Of a stretch of DNA of 64,000 nucleotides, positions 27,280-37,893 are shown piece by piece. Below the pieces are notes generated by a model. It was not told the DNA's origin and did no database searches. It worked only from the letters and a program-made list of their open reading frames with translations. The first letter of the stretch is position 1. Every line of letters begins with the position of its first letter. The position numbers and the translations under genes are program-made. This DNA is from Camelus dromedarius (taxonomy: Eukaryota), in assembly GCF_036321535.1 (NCBI RefSeq), contig NC_087436.1, forward strand, positions 110,982,001 to 111,046,000, written 5' to 3'.

Positions 27280-28480
27280 ACTCTATTTTCTCCATTATTT
27301 ATGTGCCTATTACTAATTCCTTTTGCTCTTCCAAGTATCCTTCCAATTTTCAATTTTCTCCAGGTCAAGCCTGTTACAAATTCTGCTCCATTTTGCCCCA
27401 GGATATTCTTTCTTGGATCCCTCCATCATCCTGCTTGCGTTTGGACTTTCTGGGTCTTCTGCCAGCTCTCAGCTATAACTGTCCTTCCTCACCTTGGGAA
27501 ATCCTTTGACCTCTTTCTTATGTTGGATTCCCTGTTTCTGTGATCACTTACTCATTTAGTTATAAGAAAGCACTTACCCCAGTAGCATCCTGAAAAGGAG
27601 TGCATGGGAGGTACATGTTTTGAGAACTTGCAAACCTGAAAATATCTACTCTATTCCCATAATTGACTGATAGTTTGACAGGTTTTAGGATTCTAGTTTG
27701 GAGATCACTTTGAGTTATAATTTTGAAGTAGTTCCATTGTCATCTGCTGGGGAGTCCAATACTACTCTGATTCCTTATTCATTGTGCGTGACTTACCTTT
27801 TCTATCTAGAAATTTTTAGAATTTTCTCATTATTCCTGGGATCGTGAAATTTCATGATTATGTGTCTTGGAGTGAAGCCACCCAATCTAGAGGCTTATTT
27901 CCCTTAATTCTAGGAAATTTTTAAAAATTATTTCTTTGATAATACCAACCCCTCAGTTTGCCCTATAGTCTCTTTCTGGAACTCATGTCACTCAGACACT
28001 GGACTTCTCAAATTGATCTTGAAATTTTCACATCTTCTATTGTCTGTCTCTATATCTCTTTGGGTTTTTTTGATGCTACCTTGAAGAAATTTTCTGTCTT
28101 CACCTCTCAACACTGCTATTGAATTTTATCTTAATTTCATCTGAAATATTTTTAATTTCCAAGAGCTCTTTCTTGATTCTTCGTTCTCTGTTTTCCATAG
28201 CATCTTGTTTCAAAGTAATTCTTGTTTTAATATTGCAATATCTTATCTTTTGAAGATGCTAATTGTAATTACGTGGAAGCTTTCTTGTGTTCCCTGCATT
28301 GTCTCTGTTTTACTTTGAATTTCTTTCATCTGCTTGTTTTGGTCTCTGTCTTTCAAGTTGGATGTTTTCCTCAAATGTCTAAAGATTCTTAGCAGCCAGT
28401 GCACATTTATGAGTAAAACATTTTTTGGACGCTCTATGCAAATGGGTGCGCTTTATGACTCCTGGACCTTACTTAAGTAT
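27280..28480 (-). mobile_element. Old L1ME/HAL1-like ORF1-region fragment
   Basis: ctgaaaatatct, tgatagtttgacagg, tgaaatttcatgattatgtgtcttgg, tatttttaatttccaagagctct. Confidence 0.6.
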
Positions 28481-30599
28481 GATCAAACAGATGGCCAGCT
28501 TTTCATTAAGGAGATATTCAAGTGTTAGCATGTATAAGTCTTTTCTGTGAGACTTTTGAGTTTCTCTTGAGAAGGATCTCCAATTTCCTGCTAAAGGGTA
28601 TAAATCTGGCTATGGGTATTATGAGGAGCAAGTAAAGGGAAATTTAGCAACCTTTATTTAGTAAGATGTGTTTAGTCTGCAGCTTTAGCCCCTCCCTCTA
28701 CTACTTGGAGTCCTCAAATTCATAATCTCTCCAATCCAATTCCTCTAAAGAATAAAAGTCCAACCTCTTGTAGGAGCTGGGATAAAAAGTTGTGGCTGCA
28801 CATACATGATGGAGAGGGAGTCCAGAAGCAGGGGTAGTTCTCAGAGCTCCTTACACAATCTTTCAACCAATCCCTGGGCTTTTAGCTGACCTCTCACCTC
28901 TACCTTCTGTTTTAGGATTCTTCTATTTTCTGGGAACAACGGAGAAACAGAGAGAGATTGGGGAAGAGCAATGATATTCAAAGAGTTGCTGGGTTTTATA
29001 TTTAGATCTCTTTTTTCTTTCAAGTTTCTGGTTTAGAGGTTTAGAGCCTAATGACTTTAGTGTATAATAATGAGATCAGGTAATTTTGCCTATTAAATTT
29101 GAAAGTCTACAATAGGATAATATTAGACTATTCTTTACCTTCCACTGTTGCATAAGTGATTATTCATTATAATTTAAATCTTATTATTGTAATTTAAACC
29201 TTCAAATATTCTATAATTTTGACATATTGACTACTAAGTTAAAAGGTACTAAAGTTTTATCAACTTCACATTTTAATTCATATCTTTATCAAGGTAAATC
29301 ATAGTATAATTTAATTGCCTCATCCTTTTCTACCTTTATTTCATGTCTATTCTCTAGGTAGATATAAATAGGGACTACTATCATATTTTGCTGGTTAAAT
29401 AAACCTTCCTTATGGTAATATTTTAAAATAAACTTCTTTAATCCACTGAATTTTACTTCGGAGCTTTACTGCTTGGCCTATTTGCCTGAACTATTGGTAT
29501 TTTGTATTATTTTTATATCTAAATATTTTCTGCATGTTGAAACTGGGGACCCAATCCTAACTATTATCAACAGCATGGGAAAAAATTTCAAATTCATCAG
29601 TTGTTCATATTTCAGTTCCTTAAGGCATATTGGTGGGTAAAATGATACACCTTATTCACATAAGACATTGTGGTTTATTTTGTATGAGGAGTTTTAACAT
29701 GCAGAAAAGCCAAATAATAATTTCTTAATTTGAAACATAACCTCTGTAAAATGGAAACATGCCACCACCTTTTGTCATTGTCTGGACATCAGAGATAAAA
29801 AATAACTTTGGATTTAAGAGTAGGTCTTGAGAATGTTGGAGGGGGTGGAATGAAAGAATTCCTATGTCTTTCATGTTTTCTTTTAAAAAATCCCATTTTG
29901 CTACCCTTTCATTTCAATTCAGCAAAAGTCTCTTGGGTATCAACTAAGTGTAGAAACAGGTATAAAGAAATGATGAATACCCAGGTCTTGACTTTACAAC
30001 CTACAGGGTGATAGAGTGGAACAATAGATACATCCATAAATAATTATAATACTTGGAAGAACATGATAAGATCCATGAGAAAAAGTATAAGTAAAGTGTT
30101 TTAAGAGCACAGAAAGAAGTATTAGACAAGCTCCGTGAGAGTAGACATCGAGAAAGTATCAGATGGCTGGCAGCGAAAACCCCAGTTTGGCTGAATGGTA
30201 TATTAAATACTGCGGGATCATGCTTTTTTGTTTGTGTCACTATTTTCCCTCAAATAATCAGTAGTCACTCATGAAAATCATATAAAATACAGGTTCCTCA
30301 ATTTCTGATTTTTTTCCACAAGGCAACGTTATCACCTTCTTTACTGCTTCCCAGTGTAAAACGGTCGTTAAATTTGGAAAGACGTGTTCAGTTTCCAACT
30401 CCATGATGAATTCCCAGATGTAGGTAGTGTGCTACACAAGGGGCAAGCTTTTCACTAAGATCACAAAAGTCTCTGGCCCAATGAGCGGAGTTTGAAAGTA
30501 ATACTTGGGAAAAGTAATACTTGAAAAGAGGAAGAAAAAAAGAATGAAAAAAATGGAATAAAAATGAAAACAACAACAACAAATACAAATTCCAATTCC

Positions 30600-30930
30600 A
30601 ACACTGACTAGCTGAGTGATGTTGGGCAAGTAAACTTCTCTGAGCCAATTTATAATTCCTTCTCTACAATATGCGGATATTAATAACACTACTTATTGTA
30701 TAAGGTTATGGGAAAGGTTAAATGAATTAATACTGTATATATATGCTCAACAAATGATGGCATTATTATAGCAAAAAAAGTCAAGATTAGGAGTCAAGAA
30801 ATTTGATCTAATTTGGGGCCTACTGCTTATAAATTTTGTATCTACCTAAATTGCTTACTCTCTCTGGGCCTCGATTTCCCTATCTGAAAAAGCAAGGGAT
30901 TGACCTAAACAAACTGTACTCTTTCTAAAC
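30600..30930 (+). mobile_element. Two MIR-family fragments
   Basis: tagctgagtgatgttgggcaagtaaacttctctgagcc and ctctctgggcctcgatttccctatctgaaaa cores. Confidence 0.6.
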
Positions 30931-32549
30931 TGTAATAGCCTAGGTGCTATAGATATCATTTTTATTTGACTTTGAACTATGAAATTGGATTTAATTGGAT
31001 CAAATTGCCATCATTAAGCATATAATACATTGAAATTTTATTAAAGGCTGAAATGAAAATGATAATAATGAGTTAGGCTGGGGGAATAATTTCAAGGGGA
31101 CACAAAAAAGAGTAGTGATAGATCAGATGCTATTAACATGTGCCTGGATGTAAGAAAAAATAGATGGTAAAATTATTCAATTTAGATGCCAAGCTCAAAG
31201 GTACATGATTCAGTTAAAAAAAAAAAGAAAAAGGAAACATGCTCACCCTAATTTCAGTATTGGTTATCCTGACAGTTTAGGGCCTGAGTCTCCCTAAAAT
31301 AGCAAAAATTGTATCTGATATAAGATATTTAGTGTGAAGAGGGTAACAGAGTGTAATAGTAATGTTTTAAAAGTATATTTTAGATTTATCTTAAAATACC
31401 CTATGGTTGAAGTAAACAAAGAACATGAACAATGAAAATGTGAGATACCACCCTGACAAGAGTGACAATATTGGACCCAATGTCATGCCCATTTTTATGT
31501 ATACAAAAGGCAATTTTGTAATAGGAAATAGGTAGATATTACAGTATAAAAAATAAAGTGCATCATCATATATTTCTGCTTCTTCAATTTTTATTCCGTC
31601 CTTTGAAATGTTATCATTGTTCCCTACAAAAGATACAAAAAAGATGTTGATAATATTTGGAAATGCATCAAAAAGACAAAATCGTTAATCTATTTTATAT
31701 ATCTCTAATTATTTAACCATAGTATTGAAATTAAATGCATCAGCATGTATATCTGAGTTAATGGTGTCCTTACAGTCCAAACTCTCATAAGAAAAAAAAA
31801 AACCTAAGAAATCTTGGGCTCATAAACCTGGATGAATCTAAGTTACATAAAATTTAGCATAATATGATTACGTGGCTGATTAGAAATTTTCCAGAAGGGG
31901 GCTATGTTCCATGTCCTAATAATTGGTTGATCAAATTTGTCTTTGATTTTTAGATCTCTGATTAGTGCAGTGCATTACAGTTCAGAACTAAAAAAAAATA
32001 GCAAAGTGTGATATTTTTAAAGAAGCTGATAAAGTTTACTTAAAAAAAGGCTTTTCAGCATTATGAGTAATTTTATAGTCAATTAAGTCATCTAATAGTT
32101 ATAAGTTATAATTCCAAATATCTAATTCATACAAAAGGGTTTAGATTTTATTAAATTATAAAACATATATTATTTTGTATTACATGTTGTTAATTCATAA
32201 TTGAATAGGTATTTTACAATCTTAACTAGTATACTGGGTTGTTTATTTTTGTTGCAAATTAAAAGAATAGCTTTCATTTTGGGTCAGTAACTCAAAAAAC
32301 ATGACTCATCATACACTTCTGTAATTTTAAATTTCTCTACTAGGGAAACATGGGTATTTCAAACAACTCCAATTTATTTGTATGTTTATATCATATTCTC
32401 CTAAAATGTACCTTGGATTGGGAATTGACTGCCAAATGACCATACAAATCATGAAATGTAATTTTCCCAGTGGTTAATATCTACACTTGGTACTCTATTC
32501 ATGTGCTTATAAGTTTTAGATGGATAACAGTGAACTTTGATGGGTATTT

Positions 32550-33035
32550 ATGGTGGTTTGAAGTAATGACCCTAATTTTCTGATATCTTTCTGTATCCAT
32601 GCCATGAGTAAGTTTCCTCCTAGTCAGACTTTGGGCTTTGTCACATGATTTGCCTTGGCTAATGGGAGAGTAGCAAGCAAACATAATGCAAGCAAAGACT
32701 TGAAAAGCACTTACACATTAGTGTTCACCCTCTTGTTTTGCTTGATATGCTACCACTATATAAATGAGCTCAAAGTAGTTTCTGGATAATGAGATGCATG
32801 GCTTTGCCCTTCCCATTACTCTAGCAAACAGGGAGCCAAACTCCAGACCAGAGTGAGGCCATCCTAGATCAAGCAGCTTCTAGCATTAGCAGTCCCAGCC
32901 AAGATCAGCAGGGCCTCACCAGATAAACAGAACTGCCCATTTGATATGTAGAATTTTGAGCAATAACAAATGGTTGTTCTTTTAAGTTACTAAGTTATGG
33001 ATTGACTTGTTACACAGCAATAAGTCAATGATACA
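32550..33035 (+). mobile_element. MLT1F/G/H-like MaLR LTR
   Basis: gactttgggctttgtcacatgatttgccttggc...gagtgaggccatcctaga...ttgttacacagcaataagtcaatgataca. Confidence 0.7.
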
Positions 33036-33560
33036 ATATGTATAGGAAACAGACAATAGAACAAAAACATCTTTCCAAAGATCATTAACATTTTTATATC
33101 ATATATCTGTTGTTATATTAAAATTCCTTTATGAGTAGCTAGATTTTCAGTGTAGGAGACAATCCTGGATATGACCCTCTTTCTATCCTTGATTTTATAT
33201 ATATCCCAAATATCTGTCAAATCAGTCAATAAATATTAGGCACCAACTAAATGCCTGGAACAGCACTAGATGGTGAGAATACAAAGGTGAATAAGCTACA
33301 CTCCTATCTCTATGTTCATTGAACTCACACAAACGTCAAGTAATCAGATTATTATACTCTGTGATACTTGCCATGGAAAAGTCTTTGCTCTTCAAAGTCA
33401 AGCTGAATTCCAAAGTTAACTCTATTTGTGTATTTCATTATATCTGACCATGATCTCCTTCTTCCAGAAATTCTAGTGATATGATATTCATTAGTTCTGT
33501 TCATTAATATTTCTATTTCCCCTTCTTTGGGGGAACATGATAGCACTGCACTTTCCCTTA

Positions 33561-34079
33561 TGCAGTAGATTGCAAACGCGGCCACAAATCACTTCTTTCC
33601 CTCTTTCCACACTCCTTTGCAATGTGTCTTGCAGCTCTTCCTGTTAAGAGGTAGGATCTATTTCCCCATATTGACACTGGGCTTGGCCATATGATTTACT
33701 TAGGCAATGGACCTGGAGCAAATGTAACCCAAGAGGAAACTTCAAAAGTGCTTGTGCATTGAAGCTTGCTCTCTTGCTGCTCTTAGAACCCTGTGACTGC
33801 CACCATGTGAACAAGCCAGGGCTAGTCTCCTGATGATGAGGGACACCTGGCCTGGTGGCTCTACTGTCCCGGCTGACAGCTCACCCTCAGAAACAGCTGT
33901 GTCGTTGACAGGCAGCTAATCACAAGCACCTGAGTGAGCCCAGGGCCAGCCAGCAGAACTGTCCCACTGAGCCTAATACAAATTGCCATTCCACAGAATT
34001 ATGAGCTAAACAAATAGCTGATATGATAAGCTTTTAAGTTTTGGGGTGGTTTGTTATGCCCCTGAAGCTCTCTGATATA
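33561..34079 (+). mobile_element. MLT1G-like LTR nested inside the 5' LTR above
   Basis: tgcagtagattgcaaacgcggccacaaat...ccaccatgtgaacaagcc...ttggggtggtttgttatg; the flanks rejoin as one LTR (cactttccctta / tgctcctgtgaagttagg). Confidence 0.7.
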
Positions 34080-34636
34080 CTGCTCCTGTGAAGTTAGGCA
34101 TAGCCATATGATTTGCTTCACACAGTGAAATATGTCACTATTGGCAGAAGTCTTTAAGCCCTTGACCATGACTCAGCATCTCCTATGTCTTGTTATGGTG
34201 ACTGGGGAACTTCCAGATGGTGGGGCTCCATAAACCTGGGGTCCTGAGTAGATATGGAACAGCTCTCCCCACCGTCCCCAATACTGATTTTTGGAGAGCA
34301 TAGTTTAAGTAAGAAATATATCTTTGTATTAAACCTCTGAGAGTTTGTATTTCTATTACTGGAATATAACCTAGCCCATTCTGGCTAATACAGAATTTGG
34401 TACCCAGAAGGAGGTACAGTTATGATAGGAACCCTAAAATATCTAGCTATGACTTAGAAACTAGTGGATGGTGGCAAGGAAACTATTGTTAGAGACCGGG
34501 AAGTTGGCAATCCATGCTAGCTGTGGTAAAATATTTGCTAAAACTATTCATTCATGTCTCCCATTCTTCTGCTTTCTAAACAGAAATGTTTACCACGGTT
34601 ATTTTGCTCCTATCCCACCATTGTATGTTCAGTGCA

Positions 34637-34639
<3 letters not shown>

Positions 34640-34685
<46 letters not shown>
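34640..34685. repeat. Perfect (GT)23 microsatellite
   Basis: Direct observation. Confidence 0.95.
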
Positions 34686-34687
<2 letters not shown>

Positions 34688-36487
34688 GCAGGGATACTTT
34701 GTCTTTTCAAGTCTCCATAACAAGAGAAAAGTTTTTTCCTGTTCTAATACAGGGACTACTAAGCATCATCCAGAGATGCTGAACTTTGAGATTACTGCCA
34801 TTACTGAACAGAATTTTTGACTGTTTCCCTTGTGTTAGGAGTGAATGTATTATAGTATAAGGAGAGTGATCTGTAAATTGGTGACTAGAACGATGGATTG
34901 CAGTAATCATTGGTGCTGTTCATCAGTAAATTTGGGTTAATTTTCCTTCTGGCAAAAAGCAGGATTATACTTCCTGCTCCCTTGAAGATAGCATGCCCAT
35001 ACAATTTGCTTTTGTCAATGAAATGTGAGTGGTATTGACTTGTATCACTTTTGGAAAGAACCTGTTTGCTATTCATCTTCCTTGTGCCTATCATGCATGT
35101 GGGGAAGAAACTGATTGGAGCCTCCCTAAACCATCTGGCTGCTTGGTGACAATGGCTAAATTGAAGCTCTCCCCACTCCTCCAATCCCTTCCTCCTACAG
35201 AGATGAACATGTTGATGAGCAGGAAATAATTTTGTTTTTGTTTTTTTAAACCACTAAAACTTTTGGATCTTTTGTTACTGCACCATAACCTAGCCCATCC
35301 TAACCAATGTAGATTACTGTGAAAGTGATCAGGAAAGCTGTAGAGGCTGATCACTTGGAAATTATAATACCACTAGAATCCATAACTGAAACCATCCACT
35401 GATAATCTCAAAAGCACCTTCACTAGTGATTTCATTTGTTTCTCCAATTGTGTCGATTCTAGAAAAGATTATGAGATTTCAAATTGTTTTTTTAATTTGT
35501 GAAAATATAAAACTACTTCTTGACTACTGAGAGATAATGATGAGGAACGAATACTCTCTCCTACAAAGGAAAAAAAAAAGATGGATAAAGATAAGCTATA
35601 AAACAGGGAGGGTGGAACTGAACTCAGAATTCACAGGCGTTTCCAAGAAGAATTAAAACATAGTTCCCATAGATTGATGCATAAATTTCCCGTAATACAC
35701 AGTACCTCTCAGCAAACTTTGGGTGTCTTAGCTTCAGTGCAGCCTCCTGCACATGTACAGAGAAACATGCACAACCGCTGTGGTGCAAAAGAATGTTAAT
35801 GGAGTTTATATCTAATCAAAAGCTTTCTCTCTGAAGAAGTATTTTCTTCAGCGTAGCGTGGAATTCATTCCGTAACATTTGTTAAATGCTAAATCCCGTG
35901 CCACGCACTGTACTAGGTTCAGGCAAGTTAAAGACGTACAGAAAGTCTCAATGGGTCGCTGTCCTCCAGGAGTTTACTTTTTGTGGAGCATAAAAGTTCC
36001 CCCTTTGGAGTTTTCACCCAGCCACATCCAAACCCACATAAACAATTTCCTGCGAAAAGCCCCGCACCTTTTCCCTAATCTTTACAAATATTCTCTCGCT
36101 TTCCGAGATGTCATCGCCCTGGAAACTGAAGTCACTGCGAGCGAGCTCTCTCTGGATATTTGGTAGTTATTTGGGAGCAGCCGAATGACAGGCAAGCTCT
36201 TTCTCCGCAGTGGCGAGATGACACTGACCCGTCAAAAGCACTTAAAGCACGAAGCGCAGCCCGAACCTTCGAGACCGATAACTCTCGCGGCTTCCAATGC
36301 CCTTCTGTCGGAGAGCCCAAGGAAGTTAAGGCGGCTGGGTCAGACCTCGCAACACCTGCAGCGAGCGCACTATCTTGGGCACAGAGAATTGGAGGCTAAA
36401 CGTACAAGCCGCCCAGCGCTGAGAAGTCCAAGGCCAACCTGCAAGGCCAAGTGTGAAAGGAGGATAGGAACGTGCCCATCTCTGCTG

Positions 36488-36513
36488 GACTACAAGAACC
36501 GGCATGCACCGCG
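36488..36513 (+). promoter_or_regulatory. ZNF143 (SBS)-like site with ACTACA accessory motif
   Basis: GACTACAAGAACCGGCATGCACCGCG resembles the ACTACAnnTCCCAGCATGCnnnGCG consensus, with a degenerate TCCCA core. Confidence 0.6.
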
Positions 36514-36726
36514 CCGCAGCGGCAAGCTCTGCTTCGGGACCCCCGCGCAAAGGGGCCTGGGAAGTGAAGTCTCCGGGCGGCCGGAGTCGCGTCGCGAAGG
36601 CAGAAGGGAAGCGTTGCTAGTCCGCTCCATTAGCACGCCGGTTCCTGGCCGGGCTCCGAGCCTCTCACTCCCGCTCAGGGTTTTCGCGGGCGGCAGGAGC
36701 AGTATGGCTCGCTTGAGTAAACTCCT

Positions 36727-36856
36727 GGGGGAGGGGAGAGAGGGGAGTAGTTGGGGAGGCGGGGTCAGCGGAAGCGGCAGGTTGCTTCCTTCTCCTCACG
36801 CTCGCTCCCCGCCTCTCCCTGTGGGAGCGGTGGGAGGGGGAGGGAAGGGCAGTGGG
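36727..36856 (+). other. Two G-quadruplex-forming motifs (36727-36764 and 36823-36856)
   Basis: Five runs of 4 or more G in 36727-36764; six runs of 3 or more G with short loops in 36823-36856. Confidence 0.6.
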
Positions 36857-36865
36857 AAGGTAGTG

Positions 36866-36881
36866 TGACACGTGTCAATCA
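36866..36881. promoter_or_regulatory. Palindromic TGACACGTGTCA (E-box + two TALE half sites) overlapping a PBX/PREP-like TGATTGACA on the - strand
   Basis: Perfect 12-bp palindrome at 36866-36877; 36873-36881 reads TGATTGACA on the minus strand. Confidence 0.55.
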
Positions 36882-36989
36882 ACCCCCCTCCGGGGGGCGC
36901 GCGCTCCGGGGCTCGCGCCGAGGGCTCGCGCCCCTGCCTCGTGCCTGCGCCGCTCGTATGTAAATGAGGGCGCGTGACGCGGGACGCAG

Positions 36990-37146
36990 ATGGACAAGGG
37001 AAGAGAGAGAATGGCCGCTGCCGCCGCCGCTGCTGCCGCCGCCGCCGCCGCCGCCGCTCAGTGCCGGAGCCCTCGGTGCGCGGCGGAGAGGAGAGGATTC
37101 CGGCGGGAACTCGACTCTTGGCGCCACCGCCTCATGCACTGTGTAG
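36990..37146 (+). CDS. LCORL: LCORL (ligand-dependent nuclear receptor corepressor-like) coding exon 1; 52 codons + 1 nt, phase-1 splice donor
   Basis: Translation [52 protein letters not shown] matches the mammalian LCORL N-terminus as I recall it. The match ends exactly at TAG|GTAAGA (donor GT at 37147). The exon lies in a CpG island. Confidence 0.96.
37014..37058 (+). repeat. (GCN)15 polyalanine-coding trinucleotide repeat, pure (GCC)7 at 37035-37055
   Basis: Direct codon count. Confidence 0.95.
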
Positions 37147-37879
37147 GTAAGAGAGACACGGGCCGGGGCCCCGGCTCCGCGCGGCGACGGCTGCCGCAGC
37201 CCGAGGAGTTTGTGGCTGAGGGGTTTAGTTGAATCTCCCGTTCGGGTCAGTTCAATGGGGGAGCGAGATGGGAGCGGCGGCGGCGCGGCGGCTCCGGCGC
37301 TCGCCTTTTGTCTGGGGGCTCCTCGCCCGGCGCGGTCCGCTCTCCTGCTCCTCCTCAGCTCTTTGGCTCCCCGGGAACTGTTAGTTCGGACCCGCTCGCC
37401 GAGCCCCCGAGGAAACGGCTCGCTCGCGCTCTCCCCGAAACTCCTCGGCGCCCCTCATCGCTCTCCGTCCACCCTGTCAGGAGAGAGGAAGCGGGCCGGC
37501 GGGTCGGCGCCCGGGCGGAGGGGAGCCGGCGGGCAGAGCCGGCGGGAGGAAGGCGGGCTGGTCCGCGCCCCCACCGGGCGCACACACACCCCCTTCTCGC
37601 CGCCGGGGGCTGGGCCGGCCGACGCGGCCGACTTCTCGGCGACCGGGACCTGAGCGACCCCCGGGCGCTCGCGAGGCGGGGGCTGCGGCCCGGCCCGCGG
37701 GGGGCGAGGGGCGGCGGGGGCGTCGCCCGAGGGGCGGGGGCGCCCAACTCTGCCCTCTCGCGCTCGGCGGCGGCCGCGGCGGCGCAGTGTGTACCCCTTT
37801 AAGAAGGAGCCGCTCGAGCGCTGACGGTTGGGATTTGAAGTTCTTCCTCCCTCTTTGGAAGTCTGGATGGAGAGGGGGT

Positions 37880-37893
37880 GTTGCCATGGCGAC
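37880..37893. promoter_or_regulatory. RFX X-box motif in intron-1 CpG island
   Basis: GTTGCCATGGCGAC vs consensus GTTGCCATGGCAAC (13/14); an extra GGCAAC half-site follows at 37894-37899. Confidence 0.6.

Larger units (their letters stand above)
33480..35311 (+). mobile_element. Two-LTR MaLR (MLT1I/J-like) with short internal region; 5' LTR about 33480-34392, internal 34393-34898, 3' LTR 34899-35311
   Basis: Both LTRs end in ataacctagcccat..ct..c.aat..a and begin with similar catt.gt.ctgttca. The internal region starts gaatttggtacc, typical of MaLR-int. Confidence 0.7.
36958..37146 (+). other. Start-stop uORF (ATG TAA, 36958-36963) followed by an out-of-frame overlapping ORF (36964-37146, 60 aa)
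   Basis: Sequence cgtATGTAAATGaggg. The second ATG is 26 nt upstream of the LCORL ATG (different frame) and stays open to TAG at 37144-37146. Translation is not demonstrated. Confidence 0.5.

Noticed and set aside
37147..37232. Continuation of the LCORL ORF (KRDTGRGPG...EGFS)
   Set aside because: Intronic read-through past the GTAAGA donor; diverges from the known LCORL sequence.
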